Shown piece by piece: positions 20,058 through 27,503 of a DNA stretch of 64,000 nt. Origin of the DNA: an uncultured Solirubrobacterales bacterium (GTDB lineage Bacteria; Actinomycetota; Thermoleophilia; Solirubrobacterales; 70-9). Position 1 is the stretch's first letter. Each line of letters starts with the position of its first letter. Under the pieces are notes generated by a model, which was not told the DNA's origin, made no database searches, and saw only the letters and a program-made list of their open reading frames with translations. The position numbers and the translations under genes are program-made. The DNA is taken from positions 27,404-91,403 of the forward strand of contig CAVVBU010000017.1 in NCBI GenBank assembly GCA_963746615.1. The letters are read 5' to 3'.

Positions 20058-20900
20058 CTAGACGAAGCGCTTCACGAACGCGAGCGCCGTGTCGGCGACC
20101 TCGCGCCAGCCGCTGTCGATCGTCAGCGAGTGCCCGCGATTCGGGATCTTCTTGATCTCGGTCACGCCCTCGTTCCGCCGCTGCTTCTTGAAGGACGCGT
20201 TTGCGATCGCCCACGGGACGGTGTGGTCCTTCTCTCCGTCGATGATCAGCAGCGGCCCCCGCTCGGGGTTCTTGGTGTCCACCTTCGCCTCGGTCCAGGG
20301 GTTCAGGTTGGCGTTCGCCATCTGCATCAGCGCCACGCCCGGCGCGGCCACGTGGTAGGTCTCGTAGAGCTGCTTCGCCTCCTCTTCGCTGAGGGCGTTC
20401 GCCCACCCGTACTTGAACTGGTCCAAGGTGAGAGTGACGGCGCGGCCCCGGTTCAGCGGGTTCCTCAGCACCGGCATGGCCGACCTCAGGGCGGAGATCG
20501 GAAGCGGGAGGACGCCGCGGAAGGGCCCGGGATCGATCGCAACCGTGGCGGCGGACAATCCGCGTCCGGCGATCATCTGGGTCAGCAGTCCCCCGGTGGA
20601 GTGGCCCATCACCGCCGGCTTCTTCGTCAACTCTCCGATCACCTCGGCGGTGTGGTCGGCGATCTGCTCGAGCGTCTTCTTGGCGAAGACCTCCGGGTTC
20701 GCCCTCGCCTGCTCGACGGTCTCGGGATCGTCGGGCCACGCCGGCGTCACCGGGGCGTACCCGGCCTCCTCGAAGAGGGCCGCCCAGCGGTCCCAGCTGC
20801 TCGGCAGCAGCCAGAGCCCGTGGATGAACACGACCGGCGTCCTCCCACTCGCGTTCGCCTGCTCGACCTGCTGCGTTTCCCGCTGGGTGATCGAGGCCAT
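20058..20900 (-). CDS. alpha/beta hydrolase
   Basis: From ATG at 20900: MASITQRE.. PVVFIHGLWLLPSSWDRW ... AVMGHSTGGLL (G-H-S-x-G) ... IPNRGHSL. The upstream part of tracked ORF 20058..21527 is a shadow frame. Confidence 0.8.
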   Translation of the reverse strand: MASITQRETQQVEQANASGRTPVVFIHGLWLLPSSWDRWAALFEEAGYAPVTPAWPDDPETVEQARANPEVFAKKTLEQIADHTAEVIGELTKKPAVMGHSTGGLLTQMIAGRGLSAATVAIDPGPFRGVLPLPISALRSAMPVLRNPLNRGRAVTLTLDQFKYGWANALSEEEAKQLYETYHVAAPGVALMQMANANLNPWTEAKVDTKNPERGPLLIIDGEKDHTVPWAIANASFKKQRRNEGVTEIKKIPNRGHSLTIDSGWREVADTALAFVKRFV

Positions 20901-20978
20901 TGAGGTTCCTTCCCCGCAGGACACCCGGCGGGTCGCCGTGTGACTGCGAATTGAGGTCTCGGTCAGTATGTCGCGAAC

Positions 20979-21767
20979 ATGGAAGTCCGCCTCACCCACA
21001 TCGGCGGTCCCACAGCCCTGATCGAAGTCGGCGGTTGGCGCCTGCTGACCGATCCGACGTTCGATCCGCCCGGTCAGAGCTATCGATTCGGCTGGGGTAC
21101 AGGGTCGCGCAAGCTGACCGGGCCGGCGATAGCCGCTTCCGACCTCGGACCAATCGACGCGGTGCTGCTCAGCCACGATCATCACGACGACAACCTCGAC
21201 GCCGCCGGTCGGGCGTTGCTGCCATCGGCGGGCACCGTCATCACCACCGCCCCCGGTGCGAAACGCATCGGGGGTGACGCTCGCGGTCTTGAGCCATGGG
21301 CGAGTACGCGGCTCGAGGCGCCAGCACGGCCTCCGATCGAGATCACCGCCACGCCGTGTCGCCATGGCCCCCCGTTGAGCCGCCCGATCGTCGGCGACGT
21401 GATCGGGTTCGCGCTTCAGTGGGACGGCCAGGAGCACGGCGTCCTCTGGATCTCGGGCGACACGGTGCTCTACGACGGGGTGCGCCAGGTCGCCGATCGC
21501 CTGCAGGTGGGCATCGCGCTCCTGCACCTTGGGGGCGTGCGCTTCCCGATCTCAGGTCCGGTGCGCTACACGATGACCGCCAAGGAAGCCGTAGAGCTGT
21601 GCCGGCTTGTTCAGCCGCGCACCGTCATCCCGATCCACTACGAGGGGTGGAAGCACTTTCGAGAAGGGCGAGAGGCGATCGAACGCGAGCTCGCCAGTGC
21701 ACCTGAGGACGTACGGGAGCGGATCCGGTGGTTGCCGATCGGCGTCGCGACCGGGTTCGCTGCATGA
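20979..21767 (+). CDS. MBL-fold metallo-hydrolase
   Basis: LLTDPTFD ... AVLLSHDHHDDNLD (H-x-H-x-D-H type motif) ... VIPIHYEGW. Confidence 0.85.
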   Translation: MEVRLTHIGGPTALIEVGGWRLLTDPTFDPPGQSYRFGWGTGSRKLTGPAIAASDLGPIDAVLLSHDHHDDNLDAAGRALLPSAGTVITTAPGAKRIGGDARGLEPWASTRLEAPARPPIEITATPCRHGPPLSRPIVGDVIGFALQWDGQEHGVLWISGDTVLYDGVRQVADRLQVGIALLHLGGVRFPISGPVRYTMTAKEAVELCRLVQPRTVIPIHYEGWKHFREGREAIERELASAPEDVRERIRWLPIGVATGFAA

Positions 21768-21788
21768 GCCGCCAACACAAGGCGGAAG

Positions 21789-21861
21789 TGGAGCTAGCCG
21801 GACTCGAACCGGCGACCTCCTGGGTGCGATCCAGGCGCTCTTCCAACTGAGCTATAGCCCC
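21789..21861 (-). tRNA. tRNA-Ala (anticodon CGC)
   Basis: Reverse complement GGGGCTATAGCTCAGTTGGAAGAGCGCCTGGATCGCACCCAGGAGGTCGCCGGTTCGAGTCCGGCTAGCTCCA folds as a cloverleaf. Anticodon loop AT-CGC-AC, G3:U70 alanine identity pair, canonical TTCGAGT T-loop. No encoded CCA. Confidence 0.9.
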
Positions 21862-22093
21862 GTCAGACCTCGATCAGCCGCACCAGCAGTGAGGTTCAGC
21901 CGACCGCTTCAAGGATACGCAGTCAGGCCGGCGATCCCGGCGTCGAGTGGCGGTTCGAAATCGGGCGCCAGACGGCATTTCGGGCGTGCGCCAGAAGGCC
22001 GCTCGGGCGGCGAATTGCGTACCGTGCAAGACACTCCCAGATACCGTTTGGAGTGCTTAGTCTTAGGCGTGATCCCGAGGGGAAATCAGCACG

Positions 22094-23431
22094 ATGGGCA
22101 TCCTCGACGACGCGATTCGTGAACACATGGAGCTCAAGCGCGCCCACGGCGCGCGCCATACCGAGCTGGAGCAGATAGAGGCCGAGGCCTTCGGCCCGGC
22201 CGACAAGCCCGATCCGTTCGCATCGGGCGCCCTGCTCGGCGAGGTTGGCACGGTGCCGGAGACCGGCTCCGATGAGATACCCGGGCCGGTGACGCCTCCG
22301 CCCGCCGGATCCGGGACGGTGCCCGGGCCGTGGACTCCGCCGCCTGGCGAGCAGGCAGCTCCGGGGCCGGCGACCCCGCCGCCGGGGGCGTCCGAGGAGC
22401 CGACCCGTGTGGCCGGGCCGGACGAGGTCTCGGAGGGTACCCCCGCTCCCTTCGACCCGAACACGCCGCCCCCTGACGTGGCCCAGCCGCCCGCCCCCAG
22501 GGAGTCGAAGCTCGAGGCCCCCGGGCCGCCCCAGCCGGAGGCGCCGCCCGCTGCCGGGGTCGAGGCAGCCGCCCCGCCCGCGCCGCCCCAGCCCGCGGCG
22601 CCCGAGCCGAAGACCCCCGCGCCGCCGCCACCGCCGCCCGAGGATGCACCGGCCTCGTTCATGCGACCCGAGGCGGGCGAGGTGATCGATCTGCCCACCG
22701 AGGAGCATCCGCCGCCGGAGCCGCCCTCAGAGGAGCAGGCCTCCGCCGAACCTCCGTCAGAGGAGCACGCCTCCGCCGAACCCCCGGCTGACGAGCATCT
22801 CCAGCCGGAGCCGCCCTCCGACGAGGTCTTCGCCGCCGACGAGCCGGGCGGCGCGGTGTTCGGCCCTGGCACCGGGGCGGCCACCGGAGAAGACCTGCTC
22901 GCCGACGAGGAGTCCGAGGTGGTCCCGGATTCCGAGGAGCCCGCGGCGGAGGCAACACCCGACTCCGGGGACGCCGGCGGAGCTGCGCTGTACGACTTCG
23001 AGACGGACGAGAGCCTGTTCGACGCGGAGTCGCAGCCCGCCCCCGAGCCGCCTCCGCCGCCGCCGGCCGCTGAGGCGCCCGAGCTCGAGGCCACCGAGAT
23101 TCGTGAGCCCACACCCACAGAGACCGGAGAGGGCGAAGCCGTCGCAGACGATCAGATCACCGAGGAGGGCGATCGGTACGGCGAGGACTTTGCGGAGGAC
23201 GAGCCCTACGAGCCGAAGGACGACGAGGGAGAGGCCGGCGTCGCGGATCCCGGGGCGGTGGCGGCTGCTGAGGACGAGGAGGAGGACGAGCCCGAGATCA
23301 GGGGGGACGATGCCGACGAGGAGGATGATGTCCTCGCCGACCAGCCCGACTTCCTCGAAGAGGGCGTCGACGACGAGGATCTCTGGTTCGAGAAGAAGCC
23401 TCCCCAGGACTTCGACTTCGAAGAGGACTAG
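22094..23431 (+). CDS. Pro/Glu/Asp-rich intrinsically disordered protein with structured termini (hypothetical)
   Basis: 445-aa ORF; SD-like GAGGGGA upstream. Ordered-looking N-terminus MGILDDAIREHMELKRAHGARHTELEQIEAEAFG and C-terminus DLWFEKKPPQDFDFEED flank about 380 aa of P/E/A/D low-complexity sequence. Confidence 0.7.
   Translation: MGILDDAIREHMELKRAHGARHTELEQIEAEAFGPADKPDPFASGALLGEVGTVPETGSDEIPGPVTPPPAGSGTVPGPWTPPPGEQAAPGPATPPPGASEEPTRVAGPDEVSEGTPAPFDPNTPPPDVAQPPAPRESKLEAPGPPQPEAPPAAGVEAAAPPAPPQPAAPEPKTPAPPPPPPEDAPASFMRPEAGEVIDLPTEEHPPPEPPSEEQASAEPPSEEHASAEPPADEHLQPEPPSDEVFAADEPGGAVFGPGTGAATGEDLLADEESEVVPDSEEPAAEATPDSGDAGGAALYDFETDESLFDAESQPAPEPPPPPPAAEAPELEATEIREPTPTETGEGEAVADDQITEEGDRYGEDFAEDEPYEPKDDEGEAGVADPGAVAAAEDEEEDEPEIRGDDADEEDDVLADQPDFLEEGVDDEDLWFEKKPPQDFDFEED
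22718..22837 (+). repeat. 4 x 30-bp in-frame tandem repeat inside the disordered protein gene
   Basis: The units start at 22718, 22748, 22778 and 22808. They encode EPPSEEQASA / EPPSEEHASA / EPPADEHLQP / EPPSDEVFAA. Confidence 0.8.
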
Positions 23432-24771
23432 ATGTAGCCGCGGGCGCGCGAGGCCTCGACCACGCGCTCGATCCCGAGCAGATAGGCCGCGTCGCGGAGG
23501 GTGAGCTTCTCCTCCTTGGCGCGACCGGCGACATCCCGGTACGCCTTTCGCATGATGCCGCCGAGCTTGTCGTTGACCTCGCGCTCGCTCCAGCGGAAGT
23601 GCTGCATGTTCTGGACCCACTCGAAGTAGGAGGCGACCACGCCGCCGGCGTTGGCCATCACGTCGGGGATGACGTGGATTCCCTTCTCCTGAAGGATCGA
23701 GTCCGCCGCCGGGGTGGTGGGGCTGTTGGCCCCCTCGATCATCATCCGGCAATTGACCTTGTCCGCGTTGCCCTCGTGGATCATGCCCCCGAGTGCCGCG
23801 GGCATGAAGACGTCGCACTCGACGCCAAGCAGGTCGTCGGCGGGGATCTTCTCCGCGCCCTCGAACTCGGTCAGCGTGCCGCCGCCCGCCACGTGCCTGG
23901 CGAGGTCGTCGGCGTCGATGCCGGCCTCGCTTCGGATCGCGCCGCTGGCGTCGGAGACGCCGACCATCGTGCAGCCGAGCTGCTGCATGATCCGCGCCGC
24001 CCAGGAGCCGACGTTGCCGAAGCCCTGGATGGCGAAGGTCGTCTCATCCGGCGAAAGCCCGATCTGGGGGGCGGCCTCCCGGTACATGAAGACACATCCG
24101 CGTCCAGTCGCCTGCTCGCGGCCGTAGGAGCCCTCCAACGCGATCGGCTTGCCCGTGCAGATCGCGGGCGTATGGCCGTGCAGCTTGCCGTACTCGTCCA
24201 TCATCCAGGCCATCACCTGGGCGTTGGTGTTGACGTCGGGCGCGGGGATGTCCCTGGTGGGGCCGAGGATCTTCTCGATCTTGTCCATGAAGGAACGGGT
24301 GATCGCCTGGAGCTCCGCGCGCTCAAGCTCGCCGGCGGGGCAGTTGACCCCGCCCTTGGCGCCGCCGAAGGGGACGTTGGCGACGGCGGTCTTCCAGGTC
24401 ATCAGCGAAGCGAGGGCCCGCACTTCGTCGATGTCGACCTCGGGGTGGAAGCGGACCCCACCCTTGTAGGGGCCGCGGGCGCCGTTGTGCTGGATGCGGT
24501 AGCCGGAGAAGGTGTGCACCTTGCCGTCGGAGAGCTTCACCGGAATCTGCACGGTGACCTCGCGATAGGAGCTCCAGAAGACGGTGCGGAGGTCGTCGGG
24601 GAGCTCGAGCCGCTCGACCGCGCGGTCGTAGTAGAAGCGGACGATGTCGAGATTCGACACCTCAGCGCCCTCGGAAGTGAGCGCCTTCCCCCCCTTGCCG
24701 TCGCCGCCGGGCGATGCGTCCGACTTCGGGCGCTGCTCGGCGGGCTCGCGTGCCTTGGTCTTGGTGGCCAT
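23428..24771 (-). CDS. gdhA: NAD(P)-glutamate dehydrogenase (Glu/Leu/Phe/Val dehydrogenase family)
   Basis: From ATG at 24771: MATKTKAREP... GYRIQHNGARGPYKGGVRFHP ... KTAVANVPFGGAKGG ... GFGNVG. Its stop overlaps the stop of the convergent 22094 gene by 4 nt. Confidence 0.9.
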   Translation of the reverse strand: MATKTKAREPAEQRPKSDASPGGDGKGGKALTSEGAEVSNLDIVRFYYDRAVERLELPDDLRTVFWSSYREVTVQIPVKLSDGKVHTFSGYRIQHNGARGPYKGGVRFHPEVDIDEVRALASLMTWKTAVANVPFGGAKGGVNCPAGELERAELQAITRSFMDKIEKILGPTRDIPAPDVNTNAQVMAWMMDEYGKLHGHTPAICTGKPIALEGSYGREQATGRGCVFMYREAAPQIGLSPDETTFAIQGFGNVGSWAARIMQQLGCTMVGVSDASGAIRSEAGIDADDLARHVAGGGTLTEFEGAEKIPADDLLGVECDVFMPAALGGMIHEGNADKVNCRMMIEGANSPTTPAADSILQEKGIHVIPDVMANAGGVVASYFEWVQNMQHFRWSEREVNDKLGGIMRKAYRDVAGRAKEEKLTLRDAAYLLGIERVVEASRARGYI

Positions 24772-24919
24772 CTCTCCAGGCGCCGTCTGGCTCTGGGTCG
24801 GGGCGCCAGCGGCCAGTCTCTCACACGGTGGTCGCCGGGTGTGGCGGCTCCGGCGAGCGTCAGCCGCCTTGCAGCGCCCCTCGCCGCGGGCGGGCGCGGC
24901 GAACGTACAATCGACGCAC

Positions 24920-24992
24920 GGGGCCATAGCTCAGCTGGAAGAGCGTCCGGTTTGCATCCGGGAGGTCGCGGGTTCGAGTCCCGCTGGCTCCA
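24920..24992 (+). tRNA. tRNA-Ala (anticodon UGC)
   Basis: GGGGCCATAGCTCAGCTGGAAGAGCGTCCGGTTTGCATCCGGGAGGTCGCGGGTTCGAGTCCCGCTGGCTCCA. Anticodon loop TT-TGC-AT, G3:U70, canonical D and T loops. Confidence 0.9.
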
Positions 24993-25041
24993 CTGCTTGG
25001 TTGTTTGCTCGCTAAGGAGCGGGTAGCGGAACTTGCTGCGC

Positions 25042-25075
25042 TTACTCGCGCAGCTCGGCGGCTTCGAGGGGTCCG
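25042..25075 (-). other. orphan copy of the 3' tail of a SnoaL-like gene (...LEAAELRE*)
   Basis: Plus strand TTACTCGCGCAGCTCGGCGGCTTCGAGGGGTCCG aligns with the true 3' end of the 26723..27121 gene (CTACTCCGACAGCCCGGCGGCTTCGAGGGCGTCCG). It lies 15 nt downstream of the corrected stop of the ABM-like gene. Confidence 0.6.
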
Positions 25076-25090
25076 ATTCGGGATCTGGGG

Positions 25091-25362
25091 CTAGGCGTCG
25101 TACTGGCCGCCGAGCTCCGCCGCCTGGGGCTTACCTTTGTGCCCGGCTTCTTGCATGATCGGTGGGACATCGGGGTCGGAGAGAAAGCTTTGAAAGCCCT
25201 CCTGATCCCAGTCGAAGACCACCCAGACCCGGCCGTCCTCATTGGGATCGCGAAAGACGGTCGAACCCTGGACCCGTGCTGCTTTCGCTTCTCAGCGCCC
25301 TTGGTTGAGAAGATTTCCAAGAAGCGGTCGAAATCCTCGACCTGCGTCGTCAGCAGAATCAA
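25091..25362 (-). pseudogene. small ABM/Dabb-like (ferredoxin-fold) protein, frameshifted
   Basis: TTG start at 25362 with AAGGAG 7 nt upstream. MILLTTQVEDFDRFLEIFSTKGAEKRKQHGS then shifts frame at about 25262-25270 and continues STVFRDPNEDGRVWVVFDWDQEGFQSFLSDPDVPPIMQEAGHKGKPQAAELGGQYDA* (stop at 25091-25093). The family assignment is tentative. Confidence 0.6.
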
Positions 25363-25404
25363 CTCTCTTCTCCTTTGGGGGAAGTGTCATCGCGTGCTCC
25401 TGCG

Positions 25405-25510
25405 ATATCGCCCACGCAGTATCTCGCACCCGGCCGCGTCCGCCAGCGCCACGGCTCCCACCCTTCCGCAGATAACCCGGAGGGGCTCCCGTTGCCCGTC
25501 ATCGAGATTG
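25405..25510 (-). repeat. intergenic element copy A (related to 26580..26710 and 27122..27234)
   Basis: Minus-strand reading: CAATCTCGAT..CCCTCCGGGTTATCTGCGGAAGGGTGGGAG..CCGTGGCGCTGGCGG..GCGAGATACTGCGTGGGCG-ATATCGCAGGAG. It shares blocks, in the same order, with copies B and C. Confidence 0.7.
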
Positions 25511-25573
25511 CACTCACGACCCGATAGGAGGAGCAAATGAACGACGAGCGCTTCTCGTCCAAAGCGGATCGAG

Positions 25574-26004
25574 TTAGTCAGCCCACCAGTCGCGCTGGCC
25601 CTCGACGTCTGCGCGGACCGTCAGCGAGATTGGGCGCGCCGAGACGCTGATCTCGAGACCCCGCGGTCCGCCGCGTAGCCTCGACACGTACCGGGCGGGA
25701 CGCGCACCATGTCCCACTCCTTGAGCTCGACGATCTCGTCGTCGAGCTTGCCGATCCGCCCGCTCCCGCGCACGACCACGTACACCTCCTCCTGCTTCTT
25801 GTGCGTGTGGCCGTACGGAAAGCGATAGCCGGGCGGGACGCGCTGGTAGCTCACGCCGGATTGCTCGAGTTCGAGCGCCTTGGTCGCCATGCGGAACTCC
25901 AGATCCGGCGCGCCGTCGAACCTGGACCCGACGTCCTCCAGGTCCTCCTTGAGGTTCCTGAGTGTGAACGGCACGGCCGCAATCCTACGGTGCCCGCTTT
26001 CCAT
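25574..26004 (-). pseudogene. cupin domain protein, C-terminal frameshift
   Basis: PFTLRNLKEDLEDVGSRFDGAPDLEFRMATKALELEQSGVSYQRVPPGYRFPYGHTHKKQEEVYVVVRGSG... is a cupin core (G-H-x-H). After ..VRVPPGT.RGYAA, a 1-nt shift near 25660-25672 restores a high-GC3 frame, GPRGLEISVSARPISLTVRADVEGQRDWWAD*, ending at 25574. The start is ATG at 26004 or GTG at 25974. Confidence 0.65.
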
Positions 26005-26094
26005 GCAAAGCGGTAGTGCCCCCGCCTTCCAGCCCAAGAACCCTCTGCCGACAAACGTCACGCTGGAGACGCTAGGGTTGCGGCCTAGCTGGAC
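26005..26094 (-). repeat. degenerate copy D of the intergenic element (upstream of cupin gene)
   Basis: Minus strand GTTTGTCGGCAGAGGGTTCTTGGG aligns with GTTTGTCTGCGGAAGGGTGGGAGG of copies A and B. The rest has diverged. Confidence 0.35.
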
Positions 26095-26129
26095 CTACTC
26101 CGAACGACCGGCTTCGAGGGCTTCGCGCC
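26095..26129 (-). other. orphan copy of the 3' tail of a SnoaL-like gene (...AFLSWREALEAGRSE*)
   Basis: Plus strand CTACTCCGAACGACCGGCTTCGAGGGCTTCGCGCC aligns with the real 3' end at 26723..26757. The encoded tail parallels AWFHQPADALEAAGLSE*. It lies downstream of the stop (26183) of the unrelated NTF2-like gene, in a different frame. Confidence 0.6.
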
Positions 26130-26182
26130 AGGAGAGGAAGGCAATCGCAGTCAAGGCTGGCGCAGAGAAACGGCGGGAGCAG

Positions 26183-26554
26183 TTATCGCAACCGCCAAAC
26201 CGCGTTCACGATCCTCCAGCCTTCGGGCATACGGATCAGCTGCAGCAGGTCGACGAAGAGATGGCAAAGGCACGTTACGCTCGCGATGTCGCCGCTGAGG
26301 TACTCGATCTTTATTTCGATCCGCCGGTCGGCGGCGTCCTCGCGTTGGCCTTCGCCGTCTGCGGTGGCGTCGATCATCTCAGCGGCTGAGAGAGTCTCCA
26401 GGGCGTCCGGGTCATCACCCTCAATCCCGCGGCAGCGCTTCACGAGTTCCGGGTGCAGCGCCCGTTCCATGCGCCCCGCATCCCCGTCGAACCAACCCTC
26501 GATGTAGTCGCTCACTCCTGCCCGGATCGCATCCTCATCAGCGCCAATGGTCAT
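26183..26554 (-). CDS. NTF2-like (lumazine-binding/SnoaL_3-type) small protein
   Basis: ATG at 26554 preceded by GGAGCGGAGGA. MTIGADEDAIRAGVSDYIEGWFDGDAGRMERALHPELVKR ... MPEGWRIVNAVWRLR. Confidence 0.7.
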   Translation of the reverse strand: MTIGADEDAIRAGVSDYIEGWFDGDAGRMERALHPELVKRCRGIEGDDPDALETLSAAEMIDATADGEGQREDAADRRIEIKIEYLSGDIASVTCLCHLFVDLLQLIRMPEGWRIVNAVWRLR

Positions 26555-26579
26555 CGTTCGTCCTCCGCTCCCTCATAGG

Positions 26580-26710
26580 CATGGCCCGCGCAGTCTCTCA
26601 CTCTGGTCCGCGGGCCGCTAGCGCCACGGCTTCCGGGAGCCCTGGTGCCACGCCTCCCACCCTTCCGCAGACAAACCGGAGGGCCTGGCGCTGCCGCTGA
26701 TCGAGGTTCC
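26580..26710 (-). repeat. intergenic element copy B
   Basis: Minus strand: GGAACCTCGATCAGCGGCAGCGCCAGGCCCTCCGGTTTGTCTGCGGAAGGGTGGGAGG...GCCGTGGCGCTAGCGGCCCGCGG...GAGAGACTGCGCGGGCC-ATG. It begins 12 nt after the stop of the upstream SnoaL-like gene. Confidence 0.7.
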
Positions 26711-26722
26711 GGCGTGACCGCC

Positions 26723-27121
26723 CTACTCCGACAGCCCGGCGGCTTCGAGGGCGTCCGCCGGTTGATGAAACCAGGCGTAGCGCACAACCTTGCCGTCGCG
26801 GACAGTCCACAAGGCCGATTCCCGACCCTCTACTTCGACGCCGCTCCCGCGACCGCGGGCCCGGTACCGCACCACCACGGCTACCTGATCATCCACAGCC
26901 TTGAACTGTTCCGGCTCCATTTGCCAGGTCTCCCATCCTTCGAAGACCTTTTCAACCGCACGGCTGAACGCAGCGAGGCCGCGTCGGGTTCCCGGCTCCA
27001 CGGCGTGGATGGGATTGACGTACTCGATCTCCGGGTCCACGAGCTCGAGGGGTCCAGGGAGGTCGTTGCGCGCCCACGCCCGATAGAAGCTCCGCACGAT
27101 CTCCACGTTCTCCTCCGACAT
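26723..27121 (-). CDS. SnoaL-like / NTF2 family protein (ketosteroid-isomerase-like)
   Basis: From ATG at 27121: MSEENVEIVRSFYRAWARNDLPGPLELVDPEIEYVNP ... RDGKVVRYAWFHQPADALEAAGLSE*. The N- and C-terminal signatures are typical of this family. A GATACT -10-like box ends 9 nt upstream of the ATG, so the transcript may be leaderless. Confidence 0.8.
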   Translation of the reverse strand: MSEENVEIVRSFYRAWARNDLPGPLELVDPEIEYVNPIHAVEPGTRRGLAAFSRAVEKVFEGWETWQMEPEQFKAVDDQVAVVVRYRARGRGSGVEVEGRESALWTVRDGKVVRYAWFHQPADALEAAGLSE

Positions 27122-27234
27122 CGCCCGCGCAGTATCGCGCTCAGCCCCCAGGGCCGCCACTGCCACGGCCGCCACGTGTTTGGCACCTTTCGCTCAGGTC
27201 TCCTGGCGCTGCCGCCCTTGACCGTCGAGGTTCC
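27122..27234 (-). repeat. intergenic element copy C (directly abuts the SnoaL-like ATG)
   Basis: Minus strand: GGAACCTCGACGGTCAAGGGCGGCAGCGCCAGGAGACCTGAGCGAAAGGTGCC..GCCGTGGCAGTGGCGGCC..GAGCGCGATACTGCGCGGGCG-ATG. Confidence 0.7.
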
Positions 27235-27257
27235 TTCTTATTCTTAAGGAGGTGGCC

Positions 27258-27503
27258 ATCGTCCGCTCGCGGCGGTTCCCGGGCTGGACCTTGCCCTTGG
27301 CGGGGGGCACCCTGGTCGTCCTCGTGGCGACCCTCTGGTACACGAGTGCGCTTTGGCACCGCAGACAACTGACGACCTGCCATCCCTCTGACTCGAAGGC
27401 GGCGGGCGCGGGCGGGATGTGCGGCATGTGCGAGCTCCTCCTGCGCCGCTGGCTCGTTCTCCAGCGCCACTCGACCCCTAACACTTGTGCTCCTCGAGGC
27501 TAG
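27258..27503 (+). CDS. possible small membrane protein with non-canonical ATC at the expected start position
   Basis: AAGGAGG (27246-27252), then 5 nt, then ATC at 27258. The frame encodes (I)VRSRRFPGWT-LPLAGGTLVVLVATLWYTSALW-HRRQ..CGMCELLLRRW.., with one clean TM helix. GC3 cannot discriminate it from the in-phase antisense ORF 27194..27484. An in-frame GTG at 27252 overlaps the SD. Confidence 0.3.
   Translation: MVRSRRFPGWTLPLAGGTLVVLVATLWYTSALWHRRQLTTCHPSDSKAAGAGGMCGMCELLLRRWLVLQRHSTPNTCAPRG

Noticed and set aside
22718-22837. A 30-bp x 4 repeat as a possible CRISPR array
   Set aside because: The repeats are directly adjacent with no spacers. They are in frame and lie inside a long coding ORF, so this is a coding tandem repeat.
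25537-25650. Plus-strand 37-codon ORF with a strong AGGAGG-N5-ATG signal (MNDERFSSKADRVSQ..)
   Set aside because: GC3 is only about 55%, against about 85-90% in real genes here. The ORF is antisense to the 3' end of the cupin gene, and its peptide is basic and low-complexity. The SD-like string is probably fortuitous, or part of the minus-strand element.
26700-26712. The GGAAC at the start of the repeated element as an ECF-sigma -35 box
   Set aside because: No CGTT- or GTT-type -10 lies 16-18 nt downstream in any of the three copies.
25000-27250. Integron gene-cassette array with attC sites
   Set aside because: The same-strand small ORFs with conserved spacers prompted the idea. However, I could not find RYYYAAC or GTTRRRY core sites or the long imperfect palindrome expected of attC. 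No intI-like integrase or attI is present in the window, and each cargo gene has its own SD or promoter-like signal. It is kept only as a loose analogy in the corresponding finding.
27194-27484. Minus-strand ORF (MPHIPPAPAAFESEGWQ..) with AGGAGG 9 nt upstream of an internal ATG at about 27427
   Set aside because: It is in-phase antisense to the plus-strand TM-helix ORF, so GC3 is uninformative. The peptide is basic and low-complexity, and it terminates inside repeat copy C. Neither strand is proven, and the plus-strand ORF is listed only at low confidence.
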